Source: Candidatus Iainarchaeum sp. | GTDB taxonomy: Archaea; Iainarchaeota; Iainarchaeia; Iainarchaeales; JAGVWC01 | DNA length: 64,000 nt | NCBI GenBank assembly: GCA_018304465.1 | Contig: JAGVWC010000010.1 | Span: 243,473-307,472, forward strand | Reading direction: 5' to 3' | The notes under the pieces: generated by a model | Databases searched by the model: none | What the model was told of the DNA's origin: nothing | The model's input: only the letters and a program-made list of their open reading frames with translations | Part shown: positions 9,686-19,035 of the stretch, piece after piece | Position numbering within the stretch: the stretch's first letter is position 1 | Layout of the letters: the number at the start of each line of letters is the position of its first letter | Made by a program: the position numbers and the translations under genes

Positions 9686-10531
9686 TCAGGAATGGGCGTA
9701 AAGAGAATTTATCTGGTCAAACGCCATCTTTGCCATTTGCGGATTTCGATAAACCCGGACTTTAATGGAGACACTAAGTGGCTTTTTAGCTAAAAATCGG
9801 GCGTAATGCAAAAAAACATCCAACAAGTTATTCGTCTTATCATATAGTGATTCTAGCCAGCGTCTGGAGTCCGAAGAAAAATCCACTTCCCAGTAATATG
9901 AACCAATTACTCCGAAATCTTTTTCAAAATTTCCGGAAGGATTGATCCGCACGGAAAAACCTGCATCAGAATACATTTTTTGCGCCCAACGATTAAAGTT
10001 AGTGTCTCGCGTAATCACCACGCAAATCTGTCCAGGAGTTGCATCAGACATTTTTTTTAACAAAGAAAAATCAGAAAAACGAAACGACAAAGGAAACCAC
10101 GCATTTCGAATCAACGCCATTGTCTTGTCGCCTTTTCGAACTGATTTTCCAAGTGTGACGAAAATTTTTGCCATTCCAACGCAAAACTCACTTATATCAG
10201 AGAATTCAAGAATCGTATCAGAGCCAAAAGAGATGGGAACACGCCTTGATTTAGAGCGTCGGAACTCCGAGTCTAACTCGCGTGAAAAATTTTTCAAGCT
10301 CAAAACCCACTGGGGATTCAACTCGAATTTTTTTTGTTTTGAAACCAGAACATCTTCCGCTTCAAGAGAAACCAACATTTTGTGCACGGCTTGGTACGAC
10401 ACGCGATCTACTAGCGTCCAATCCATTTTTTCAAAAACGCCTTTTGCAGAAAGCGGGCCCTGCTGGCCAAGAATCAAAATAATTTGATCACGTGTGGAAG
10501 ACTTTCCTAAAAGAATTGGCAATACCCCCAT
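9686..10531 (-). CDS. Winged-helix regulator (paralog 2)
   Basis: STRDQIILIL..GPLSAK..SYQAVHKMLVSLEAEDVL. Confidence 0.7.
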   Translation of the reverse strand: MGVLPILLGKSSTRDQIILILGQQGPLSAKGVFEKMDWTLVDRVSYQAVHKMLVSLEAEDVLVSKQKKFELNPQWVLSLKNFSRELDSEFRRSKSRRVPISFGSDTILEFSDISEFCVGMAKIFVTLGKSVRKGDKTMALIRNAWFPLSFRFSDFSLLKKMSDATPGQICVVITRDTNFNRWAQKMYSDAGFSVRINPSGNFEKDFGVIGSYYWEVDFSSDSRRWLESLYDKTNNLLDVFLHYARFLAKKPLSVSIKVRVYRNPQMAKMAFDQINSLYAHS

Positions 10532-10584
10532 AGATAACCCACTACATAACAAGTATTTTAGAACTAACGGATAAAAGAGTACCT

Positions 10585-11436
10585 ATGCAAGAATTCTGGT
10601 CCATTCCGGCGGCTCACGGCAACACCACTGTCAAAGACTGGACCATCCGGATTCTCACCCAAGAATGGCCGCTGTCGTTAAAACAAATTACGGAGCGCGT
10701 CCAACAGCAATCCGGAAAAACCGTTTCTCAACAAGCCGTGTTCAAAACGCTTCAAGATTTGGTTCGACAAAAAGTCGTTGAAAAACACGACAAGAGTTAC
10801 GCATTAAACAAAGAATGGATCACGCACCTCGCGAAATCCGTTCAAGATCTCCAGACCACGTATGAAAACCACGCTGGCCAATTGCCCGCACTCGGAAAAC
10901 TTGACACCAAAACCGTAATCGAATTTCATGATCCAAGCGCCGTCGCGGTCACCGTCGCCCAGATTCTGGCCTCGCGCGTACTCACCCAAGGAAAACCGGA
11001 ACCGTTTTATGGAATCAAACGACACGGCTTGTGGCCGCTTCGATTCAGCTTTTCCGACTTCGAACTCTTAAAAGAAATGACCAAATCCATTCCGTGTTAT
11101 TGCGCCGTAATCGGAAATGACCCCTTTGACCGATGGGTGGTTGAACAATACCTTAAAGGCGGATTCAAAAAATCCAAAACCGGCGCCAAAGCCGAATTCA
11201 AAGAATGGGACATCATGGCCCACGGAGAATACGTACTGACCATTCAATACGCCAAAGAAACCGAACAAGCCATCGAATACCTGTTCAAACAAATCAACAA
11301 CCTAAGCGAACTATTCGAAAAATTCAGCCAAGAAGAACTGTCCAAATTCAAATTCCAAGCAACGTTAACAATCGAACGAAACCCGGACCTCGCACGGCTC
11401 ATCAAAGAAAAATGCATGAAAATATTGGAAGAGTAA
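10585..11436 (+). CDS. Winged-helix regulator (paralog 3), divergent from paralog 2
   Basis: TVKDWTIRILTQEWPLSLKQI..SQQAVFKTLQDLV; shares W(F)PLxFxFSDFxLLKxM with paralog 2. Confidence 0.7.
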   Translation: MQEFWSIPAAHGNTTVKDWTIRILTQEWPLSLKQITERVQQQSGKTVSQQAVFKTLQDLVRQKVVEKHDKSYALNKEWITHLAKSVQDLQTTYENHAGQLPALGKLDTKTVIEFHDPSAVAVTVAQILASRVLTQGKPEPFYGIKRHGLWPLRFSFSDFELLKEMTKSIPCYCAVIGNDPFDRWVVEQYLKGGFKKSKTGAKAEFKEWDIMAHGEYVLTIQYAKETEQAIEYLFKQINNLSELFEKFSQEELSKFKFQATLTIERNPDLARLIKEKCMKILEE

Positions 11437-11503
11437 AAACGAATACTGAAAGAAGAAGTACATACAAGTTCACAAAACAAAGAGATTAGCTAGTAGTTAC
11501 CCG

Positions 11504-12661
11504 CTATTGGTTTTGGTATAGGTCTTTGCAGGATTGGACTGCTTCTTGGGTACTGAGTTCGTCACAGAGCGCAGTGTTTTGAGCGTTGATAATGATTGCG
11601 ATGATGCATAAATCAGGATTTTCGAGTTGTTTGCATATGGCGGGGTCCATCCGGGTAATCGCAATTTTTTTCATGCAACGTTCTTTTTCGGTTGTGGCTT
11701 TGCATGCTTCCAGGTCGTCTTTGGCGACTGCAACGTCCGAGAAACAAGTCTCTTCTTGATTGAGGCCTTTGCATAAGTTGGCGTCTTTTTTTGCGACGGC
11801 TACGCGCGAGATGCAAATATCACGAAACATTGCGAGTTCGGGATTTTTCGGGAGGGTTTCGCATATTTTTTCATCTTTTGCTTGTTCTGCTTGTGCAGTC
11901 GTGGTTTGTATGGTGGACCACAGGCTGTCCAACGTTGTTTGGTATCCTTTTTGGGCGGTATCCAAGCACACTTGTTTTTGAGTCGGGGTCGTAAAATTTT
12001 CGCATATCGTGGCGTCTTTTGTTTTTTCGACTACCGCAAACATGCAATTGATGCGAAAGCCGTCTAGCCGAGCCTTGCATAGGTCGTCTTGGCAGGCGGT
12101 CGGATGTTTTTCCAAAGTGACTTCTTTGCATCCTTCGAGTGTTCCAGTCTGACCGCTGACGATCGCAATGCATTGAAGTTTATAGACTTCTGATATGATT
12201 TTGTTGCAGATTTCGATATTTTGCGTTCTGTTCGCATCTTCCAATAACGCATCGGTAACCCCGCTGCTACAATACGAACCAGACCCAAGTTTTTCGCAGA
12301 CGCTATAATCCCGAAGGGTAACTGCCACTCCTTGAATGCAAGTTTGTATACCGCTTTGAGAGGTTAAGGCATTACACATCTTCAAATCGCCTCGTTTCCC
12401 TCCGATCTCAGCCAAACACTGGTCTTTTCGAATCGAAACAAAAAAAGAATCCGTGAGCAAATCGCAGATTTGCATGTTGTCTGCTTCTACGGCAACGTTT
12501 GTAATGCAAATGGACCGATTAAGCTCTTGATCAATTGTATTGCACTCCGCCAAAGCGGATTCAACATCTGAATTTAACGCGGTGTTGCTCTGCCCTAGTG
12601 GCGGGCTAGTACATCCAACGAATAAGAGGGCGATGATCAGGAGTAACAACATACGATTCAT
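11504..12661 (-). CDS. Cys-rich repeat lipoprotein
   Basis: Lipobox LLFVGC; about a dozen ~25-aa repeats of C(I)xxVAVxxxDxxxC. Confidence 0.75.
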   Translation of the reverse strand: MNRMLLLLIIALLFVGCTSPPLGQSNTALNSDVESALAECNTIDQELNRSICITNVAVEADNMQICDLLTDSFFVSIRKDQCLAEIGGKRGDLKMCNALTSQSGIQTCIQGVAVTLRDYSVCEKLGSGSYCSSGVTDALLEDANRTQNIEICNKIISEVYKLQCIAIVSGQTGTLEGCKEVTLEKHPTACQDDLCKARLDGFRINCMFAVVEKTKDATICENFTTPTQKQVCLDTAQKGYQTTLDSLWSTIQTTTAQAEQAKDEKICETLPKNPELAMFRDICISRVAVAKKDANLCKGLNQEETCFSDVAVAKDDLEACKATTEKERCMKKIAITRMDPAICKQLENPDLCIIAIIINAQNTALCDELSTQEAVQSCKDLYQNQ

Positions 12662-13281
12662 TTTTCCACATCCTTTTCAGGTAGTTCTTTTCCTACTGCT
12701 TGCGCGATTTTTTCTTGATCTATTGGATTCTCGGGCTGAAACATATCCCGATAATTTGGCTGAAACATATTCTTGTACAACTGAAGCAGAATCCCTTTAT
12801 GGAATGGGACTATGCTATAAACACCTGCTTGTTTGACTTTATCCACATTTATTTTCTTTTTTTCTTTTTCTCCGAAATAAATGATCGGGTGAATATAATC
12901 GTAAGGCCGCCACTTATCGAGTTCGAGTTCATGATCTCCGATTCCCCACTCCGGATTTGCTTCTTCAATCACGGTTTTGATTATTTCTAAAAAATACTTG
13001 AAGGTTTCTTCCGGATTATCTAGAACTATGCCCGTTTTTTGAGTAAAAACACTGATGCTTGTGCTTCGCTTACCGGAACGTACATTAAACTGTGTTTCTT
13101 TTTTATTAATCTTCAAAGTATATCCGACGTACCCGTACTGGCGTTCATAAAGGCCGGGAAGCGGTTCTTCAAGAGTCACTGTAAAATTTTTCAACCGCAA
13201 TGCTTGCTCAATTTTTTTTAGGATTGGTTCTTTTTCGATGGTGGTCGGAACAAAAGTCATAAAGTCATAGGTATATCCCAT
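12658..13281 (-). CDS. Candidate immunity protein
   Basis: ATG overlaps the toxin stop (TAATG); aromatic/charged ~207 aa. Confidence 0.55.
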   Translation of the reverse strand: MGYTYDFMTFVPTTIEKEPILKKIEQALRLKNFTVTLEEPLPGLYERQYGYVGYTLKINKKETQFNVRSGKRSTSISVFTQKTGIVLDNPEETFKYFLEIIKTVIEEANPEWGIGDHELELDKWRPYDYIHPIIYFGEKEKKKINVDKVKQAGVYSIVPFHKGILLQLYKNMFQPNYRDMFQPENPIDQEKIAQAVGKELPEKDVEK

Positions 13282-15374
13282 TAGATGTCCCCCCATAGTC
13301 TTACTTTTACGCCAATATTCTCAAACTCGATTAATAATTTGGAATCGATAGGTTGTTTGGTTATAAGCCACGCCTCGTCTGCTATGCTTGGATTGTTTGC
13401 TACGTAGGAAACTAATTCTTGTAATTGTGCTTTTACCTCATCTATTTCAGGCGTTTTCATCGCAATGAAGTTTTCGTTTTTTACTTCGGCTAGAACTTTT
13501 TTGTTTGTCGTTGTTTCAAGATAAATGTCTGCTTTTTTGTTTGCGTACTCGAATTCTTTGATTGTGTTTCCGTTTGTTTTTAGTTTTTCAGCGGCTTCGA
13601 GTTGGGCTTTGTATCCTTTAACACTATCTTGAGATATACTAGACCCAATATCTCCTGCCACAGTATCAATTCCTTTGGTATTTTTAAAAGTATCAATTCG
13701 AATTAGCGTATCTGATGCTAAACTTTCTTTTTGCCCTATCTCTGCGATCCCGGTTATTCCTCGATCACTCCATTCGAGTGTGCTTGTTCCGGCGATTCGG
13801 CCGACTTTTTCTCCGATTTCTTCGCTGTAATTTGCGATTACAGTTTGGTATCCTCTTTTGTTCAGTAATTTTGAAAGGATGGTGTCAGAGGCAGCTCCTA
13901 ATCGTGTAGCGATTCCTTCGACTTTTTCGCTGAAAACGATGCGTAAGGGTTCGGGAATGCTCTCGAAGAATTGTGTGAGTTTTTCGGCATCGTTTCCGAG
14001 CGCTTTGGTGATGCGCCCCAATCCAGTGGCTGCTTTTTCGCCTGCCTCAATAATGGGTTTAGTCCATTCGAGTCTTTGAAGAAGGGTAGCGGTTTGGTAG
14101 CCAAATTTGTTTCCAATAATTCGGATCAGGTCGGTAAATTTGTCGATTTTTTGAACGATTTTAAGGGCTTTGATGGCGTCTGCAATTTTTCCAACCAAAA
14201 CCGCTTGTTCGATAACATAACCGCCAATGAATCCTTGGACGTACCCAACTTGAAATGCCCGATATTCGAGTCTCTGAGTGACTGGGTTGGCAGGGTTTCT
14301 GGTTGTTCCGACTTTGTAAATGTCTATGACCGCATTGCCGAGTGCGTCGCCGATATGTTCCAACGCTTGGGGGAAGATGCGAACAATGTCAATGACGCCG
14401 CTTGCAATTTGAGTAACTTGGTCTTGGCGGTAGATAAAGCTTAGGGCGCCGTTTAATACTTGTTGGGCAAAGTCCAAATCGTCTTTGGCGCCTTTGAAAG
14501 TGCCGTCCACGAATCCTAAAAACAAGCCCGTACAATTGGAGGCAATGGAGTAAATGCGTAAGGTTTCTTTGTTGGAATCGTATAAAAGTATGACGACTTG
14601 AGTTCCTTTGGAAAAAGATTCGAGTTCGCTATTGTTTTCGAACACTTGTTTTAACGGAATCGATTCCGATTGAATTTGAACATCCAATGGTACAAAACTC
14701 GTGAGCAATTCTTGGGAATTCAGACTGTTGGCAGAGATCGGATTAGACAGCAATTCGAGTTGTTCGGAGTTGAGTTGTTCAAGATTATCTTGAATTTGTT
14801 GCTTTTCGAGCGGATTCACGCCCCCCAATAACCAGGTCATTGGATTTCCGCACGAAGTGTAAAAATCGTCAAAGACCATGGTAGCCGGATTATCATAATA
14901 GTTACCCGGATCCGTTCCAAACAACAACTCTTTTTCGTAAACAAATCCATCACAATCCGCATCATCCAAACACCCTCCGATCACAACGGTTTTTTCCAAA
15001 TAACCGTTTTTGTACCCCACTTTGGACGCAATGAACCGATACGAATGAGCGCCGACCGGAGGCGCCACATCAGAATACAACGCGGTTCCATCACTACCCG
15101 TCACCACAGAACCAAACCGATTGGGGTCGTAACTTGGAATCACCCCCACTAAGACATCCGAAAGCGGAATACCCACCGTATTCGTTGTTTGGATCGAAAA
15201 ACGAATCGTTGGATCCCGGGAAGCACCATCGAATTCAAGCGCATAATCCACGGTAAACGGCACTGCTTCGGCGTTAAATTTTTCCTCTGAAAAAGATTGA
15301 AAAACAACGAAACTGACGGCTATCAACAAAAAAAGAAAACTCGCCACAAATGCTTTTTTCAAGACGCTGTCCAC
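13281..15374 (-). CDS. Secreted or membrane-anchored polymorphic toxin with C-terminal PD-(D/E)xK nuclease
   Basis: N-terminal TM/signal; beta-rich domain; CLDDADCDG..E...GTDP Ca-binding-like motif; Gly-rich helical linker; C-terminal KADIYL..VLAEVKN. Confidence 0.65.
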   Translation of the reverse strand: MDSVLKKAFVASFLFLLIAVSFVVFQSFSEEKFNAEAVPFTVDYALEFDGASRDPTIRFSIQTTNTVGIPLSDVLVGVIPSYDPNRFGSVVTGSDGTALYSDVAPPVGAHSYRFIASKVGYKNGYLEKTVVIGGCLDDADCDGFVYEKELLFGTDPGNYYDNPATMVFDDFYTSCGNPMTWLLGGVNPLEKQQIQDNLEQLNSEQLELLSNPISANSLNSQELLTSFVPLDVQIQSESIPLKQVFENNSELESFSKGTQVVILLYDSNKETLRIYSIASNCTGLFLGFVDGTFKGAKDDLDFAQQVLNGALSFIYRQDQVTQIASGVIDIVRIFPQALEHIGDALGNAVIDIYKVGTTRNPANPVTQRLEYRAFQVGYVQGFIGGYVIEQAVLVGKIADAIKALKIVQKIDKFTDLIRIIGNKFGYQTATLLQRLEWTKPIIEAGEKAATGLGRITKALGNDAEKLTQFFESIPEPLRIVFSEKVEGIATRLGAASDTILSKLLNKRGYQTVIANYSEEIGEKVGRIAGTSTLEWSDRGITGIAEIGQKESLASDTLIRIDTFKNTKGIDTVAGDIGSSISQDSVKGYKAQLEAAEKLKTNGNTIKEFEYANKKADIYLETTTNKKVLAEVKNENFIAMKTPEIDEVKAQLQELVSYVANNPSIADEAWLITKQPIDSKLLIEFENIGVKVRLWGDI

Positions 15375-15447
15375 AACAATACGGCCCTAAGATGAGGCCT
15401 TTAGGCGATTGTTTTTACGGCAAAAAACGAAGTCGCCAAAAAAAAGG

Positions 15448-16005
15448 TTATTTGAGTTCCAATTGGTCTTTGGGTTCTTCTTTGGAAAAATCGAATTCGT
15501 GCACGGGTTTGACGATGAACTCGCAGGTTTTTTGATTCAAGGCAATGCACTGGTGTTCCACGCAATCCAAGTCGTTTCGAAACAACGCCGAAAACACGCC
15601 CGCAAACACGCCCCGCAACACGTGATCCACGGGTTTTTTCGCCTTGTTCACCAAACTACCCGCAATCGGATTATGATCCACCACCAAAATCGCGCGCTTG
15701 TTTTCCACGTCCAAATGCACGATCGAAACCCCGCCGATTCCGCACGCCGAAAAAAACTCGGCCAAAAACCGGGCGTTTAATTCCACGGAATTCGAAAGCG
15801 AAAAACCCGACACCAACGACCCTGCCACTTGTTTTTTAACCGCAGCGTACACCGCCCGATTAGTGGCCGGATCCGAGATCTCGGCCAGCCCCACCAAAAT
15901 ATCCACGGGAAGAATCGCAAACGGCGTGTTCATCAAAAAAAACTGGTTATTGGAAAACCGAATACCATTCGTGAAAATAAACCGGTCAAAAAACGGATTT
16001 AACAT
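15448..16005 (-). CDS. V4R (4-vinyl reductase) domain protein
   Basis: PVDHVLRGVFAGVFS..CVEHQCIALNQKTCEFIV. Confidence 0.85.
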   Translation of the reverse strand: MLNPFFDRFIFTNGIRFSNNQFFLMNTPFAILPVDILVGLAEISDPATNRAVYAAVKKQVAGSLVSGFSLSNSVELNARFLAEFFSACGIGGVSIVHLDVENKRAILVVDHNPIAGSLVNKAKKPVDHVLRGVFAGVFSALFRNDLDCVEHQCIALNQKTCEFIVKPVHEFDFSKEEPKDQLELK

Positions 16006-16093
16006 ACTTACACCAAAGGAGGTTCCCCCATAAAAAAATACCGAAAGACCCAAAAGAAAGGCTTTTTTAAGGAAAAACAACCACCAATCTATC

Positions 16094-17050
16094 ATGACGA
16101 CCACGTTCACGATGGATTTGCATTCGCATGTCATCGAAAAAAAAGTCAAAGCCAAGGATTACTGGAAAAACGTCGAACAAAAAAAAATCGACGTCATGGC
16201 CATCACCGAACACGCCCACTTCGATATCCGAAAAGCCTTTGAACGCGTCGCCAAAGAAAAACCCCGCGACAAAATACTGGTTCCCGGCGTCGAACTCAAC
16301 ACCGACATCGGACACGTCTTGTGCTACGGGCCCGACGAACGCGTATACGACCACAAAGAATTATTCGAATTCGAAGTACCCATCGAAACCTGCGTCGAAC
16401 ACGCCAAACAAGACAACTTAGTCTTAAGCTGCGCGCACCCCTGGGGATACACCCAAGACAGCGCCGCGTTTTTAATCGGACCCAAAAAACTCATGAAACT
16501 CATTCGAAAATACCCGATCGGAATCGAAGCCTACAACGGCATGGTCGGACACCTCTCCGACATCATGTACGAAAGCGGCTGGATCCGCCGACCCAACAAC
16601 TTTTTGGGTTTTCTTCAAAAAAACCGGGTCACGCGAAAAATCGGAATCGGCTCCGTCGGAGAAAAACTCCAAAAATCCCTCGACCGCCTCGTGTACAGCT
16701 ACCTAAACCGCATCACGGCCAGCGTCGAACTCGGCGAAAGCGCTTCGTTTATCACCGCCGGAAGCGACGGCCACTCCGCGGACCGCCTCGGCGAAGGCAT
16801 GCTCAAAATCAAAAGCCAAACCGAACTCAACACCCCCGAAGACATACTCGACTTAGTGGTGCATCACAAACAAGACGTGGTCTGGTGCGGCGTTGGCGTC
16901 CGCGAAGTCCGACCCGGCGTACTCGAAAAAATTTCGCCCCAAAAAATCAAACGCATGGAACTCGTCGACGGCCTCAAATACCTGGCCATGCGAAAAATCC
17001 GCGAACGCGTGATCGCCGACCGAAAAAAACGCGAACAACCCCACCCCTAA
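16094..17050 (+). CDS. PHP-domain metal-dependent phosphoesterase
   Basis: DLHSH, AITEH, PGVE, GHVL, AHP, GSDGH. Confidence 0.85.
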   Translation: MTTTFTMDLHSHVIEKKVKAKDYWKNVEQKKIDVMAITEHAHFDIRKAFERVAKEKPRDKILVPGVELNTDIGHVLCYGPDERVYDHKELFEFEVPIETCVEHAKQDNLVLSCAHPWGYTQDSAAFLIGPKKLMKLIRKYPIGIEAYNGMVGHLSDIMYESGWIRRPNNFLGFLQKNRVTRKIGIGSVGEKLQKSLDRLVYSYLNRITASVELGESASFITAGSDGHSADRLGEGMLKIKSQTELNTPEDILDLVVHHKQDVVWCGVGVREVRPGVLEKISPQKIKRMELVDGLKYLAMRKIRERVIADRKKREQPHP

Positions 17051-17110
17051 AAAAAAATTTCACTAGTATTACCAAAAAAAAAACCTCTGTTTCGGAGCAC
17101 GAAAAAAACC

Positions 17111-17518
17111 ATGAAAATCTGCATCTGGCCCAATACTTCGTTACGACAAATACCGCTCGACACCATGGAGATTCATTTGGCACGCCCGATTTCCCGAAAA
17201 AAAATCACGGAAATCATCAACAAACGCCCCATTCACACTGTGACCCTCTCCAAATCCACGTTTGTGCGCATCAACGAAAAAACCCTTGATTTTCTGGAAA
17301 AACGAAAGATCAAAACCTTCATCCACAATAACCCCGGAAAACCCCTTCAGATCCCCTTAGAACAGATAATCGACGTCATTGAACGCGTCAAAGACCATCA
17401 AAGCCTGCGAAAAATCGAACACATCACCGGAATCCCCAAAAGCACCGTGCATTATCTTGTCAAATACGCCAAACGCACCAAAGCCAAAAAAGGCAATAAA
17501 CCCATTCATTTACGCTAA
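17111..17518 (+). CDS. DUF1699-like protein with C-terminal HTH
   Basis: EIHLARP..SKST..LE pattern; C-terminal SLRKIEHITGIPKSTVHY. Confidence 0.55.
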   Translation: MKICIWPNTSLRQIPLDTMEIHLARPISRKKITEIINKRPIHTVTLSKSTFVRINEKTLDFLEKRKIKTFIHNNPGKPLQIPLEQIIDVIERVKDHQSLRKIEHITGIPKSTVHYLVKYAKRTKAKKGNKPIHLR

Positions 17519-17647
17519 AAAACGGATTTAAAATGGTTTTGGCGCATAATACCTATGTCAAGAAAACCTCTTTTTACCACATGATTTTTATATCACAAAA
17601 CGCCTAATGTTCTTGTCACACGAAATACCCTGGGGAGCCAAGAGTCC

Positions 17648-17953
17648 ATGAAGAAAAAAAGAACCGCCAAAACAGTCAAAAAAACCATCGCCGCAAAAAC
17701 CGGCATTTCCAAAGCCGCCGCCAAACGAAAAAGCTCGTTTGAAGAACGATTACTCTCGCTTGCCGACGACGACGATTTCATCTTGCCCTTAATGAACGAA
17801 AACATGCGCGAAAAACTCTTAAAAGAAGAATTCAAACTCCGCAAAAAACAACCCACGGCCTGGACCAAAACCAAATACCGAAAATACGCGATGATCAACC
17901 GCCCCAAAAAAGAAAAAGCCCGGGCCTCCATCGAAGAAGAAAACGACGAATAA
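17648..17953 (+). CDS. Small charged hypothetical protein
   Basis: ATG start, host-like codon usage, Lys-rich N-terminus. Confidence 0.55.
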   Translation: MKKKRTAKTVKKTIAAKTGISKAAAKRKSSFEERLLSLADDDDFILPLMNENMREKLLKEEFKLRKKQPTAWTKTKYRKYAMINRPKKEKARASIEEENDE

Positions 17954-18177
17954 AAGTACTCGAGTTCTCAATCCGCTGTGAAATTCGAAAAAGATCTACT
18001 TTTTAGTTGAATATTGTTCAACCAAATATATATTAACCCAAAATATGTAATTATATATAGTGAATAAGGTAACTGCACACAACCCCATTAACTTAAAGGG
18101 AACAGCAGCCGATCTGGCAAAATCGCAAGTCAAGAAAAGTGATGGTAGAACAAATGAAGCAGGGGAAATGACACTGT

Positions 18178-19035
18178 ATGGAGAATATTGTTTCCACAAG
18201 CTATGGGTTTTCACAACCACCCGTTTTTCAACAAAATAAAAAAGGATTCAAAAATCAAAGTTTTTTTGTTTCTTCGGGTTCCAAGCGGTATGTTTTTGTG
18301 CCTATTGCTAACCCCTATTTTCTCAAAGCCTTGAAAATACTGCGCCAAAGAGGATTCAAAACCCCCGAACTTATTCAAACCACAGACAAAAAAGAATATG
18401 TTGAAGTCGGCGGAAAAAAATGGTGCTTACTATCTTACCTTCCCGGGAAACCAGTTCAAAGAAACAAAATTTCGCGCGCACAGGTTTTTCAAATTGCAAG
18501 GACTGTCGCACTATTTCATAAGACCTTTGAAGAGAAAGTCCGACCTTCACAAGCTTTTTTTGCGCCACGTTTTCCTGAGAATTGCCCGGAAGAAATCCAA
18601 AAAGAGGTTGGTGCACTGGTTGCAAATTTTAAGCGCCAAGCAACCGGCATGAAGTCCACTCTAATCCACGGCGACTTGGTTTTGGAAAATATTCTATTTA
18701 GCAAAGGAAACTTGTCTGGCCTGATTGACTTTGAACATCTTAGATACGGCCCCGCTATTTACGATCTAGCGGCAGTTCTAACTGAAATTCCCCCGAGCTT
18801 ACATGCTGATTTTATAGAGCAATATACGCGTCTCAATCCGTTATCCTCGACAGACATAGGTTTAATCAAACCAATGACTCGTTATTACACTTTGTTGTAT
18901 GCATTGTTCGGAATGGAAGCTTTGCCTAAAGTTACCCGTGGGCAAAAAAAGCGATTATTAGAAAAATTAAAAAGTAAAGGACTTGAAAAAAGGGGGCTTC
19001 TTAGGAATGCACAAAAACGAAGACGATCTCGTTAG
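18178..19035 (+). CDS. APH/homoserine kinase type II-like phosphotransferase
   Basis: IHGDLVLENILF, LIDFE, YDLA. Confidence 0.85.
   Translation: MENIVSTSYGFSQPPVFQQNKKGFKNQSFFVSSGSKRYVFVPIANPYFLKALKILRQRGFKTPELIQTTDKKEYVEVGGKKWCLLSYLPGKPVQRNKISRAQVFQIARTVALFHKTFEEKVRPSQAFFAPRFPENCPEEIQKEVGALVANFKRQATGMKSTLIHGDLVLENILFSKGNLSGLIDFEHLRYGPAIYDLAAVLTEIPPSLHADFIEQYTRLNPLSSTDIGLIKPMTRYYTLLYALFGMEALPKVTRGQKKRLLEKLKSKGLEKRGLLRNAQKRRRSR

Noticed and set aside
11504-12600. Periodic sequence considered as a CRISPR array or DNA tandem repeat
   Set aside because: Repetition is at protein level only (Cys repeats); no identical nucleotide repeats and no cas genes in the window
16128-17289. Long Arg-rich alternative-frame ORFs (e.g. 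16321-17289; likewise 28423-29268, 32156-32890, 41518-42402, 63067-63693)
   Set aside because: Shadow frames of well-supported genes, produced by biased codon usage
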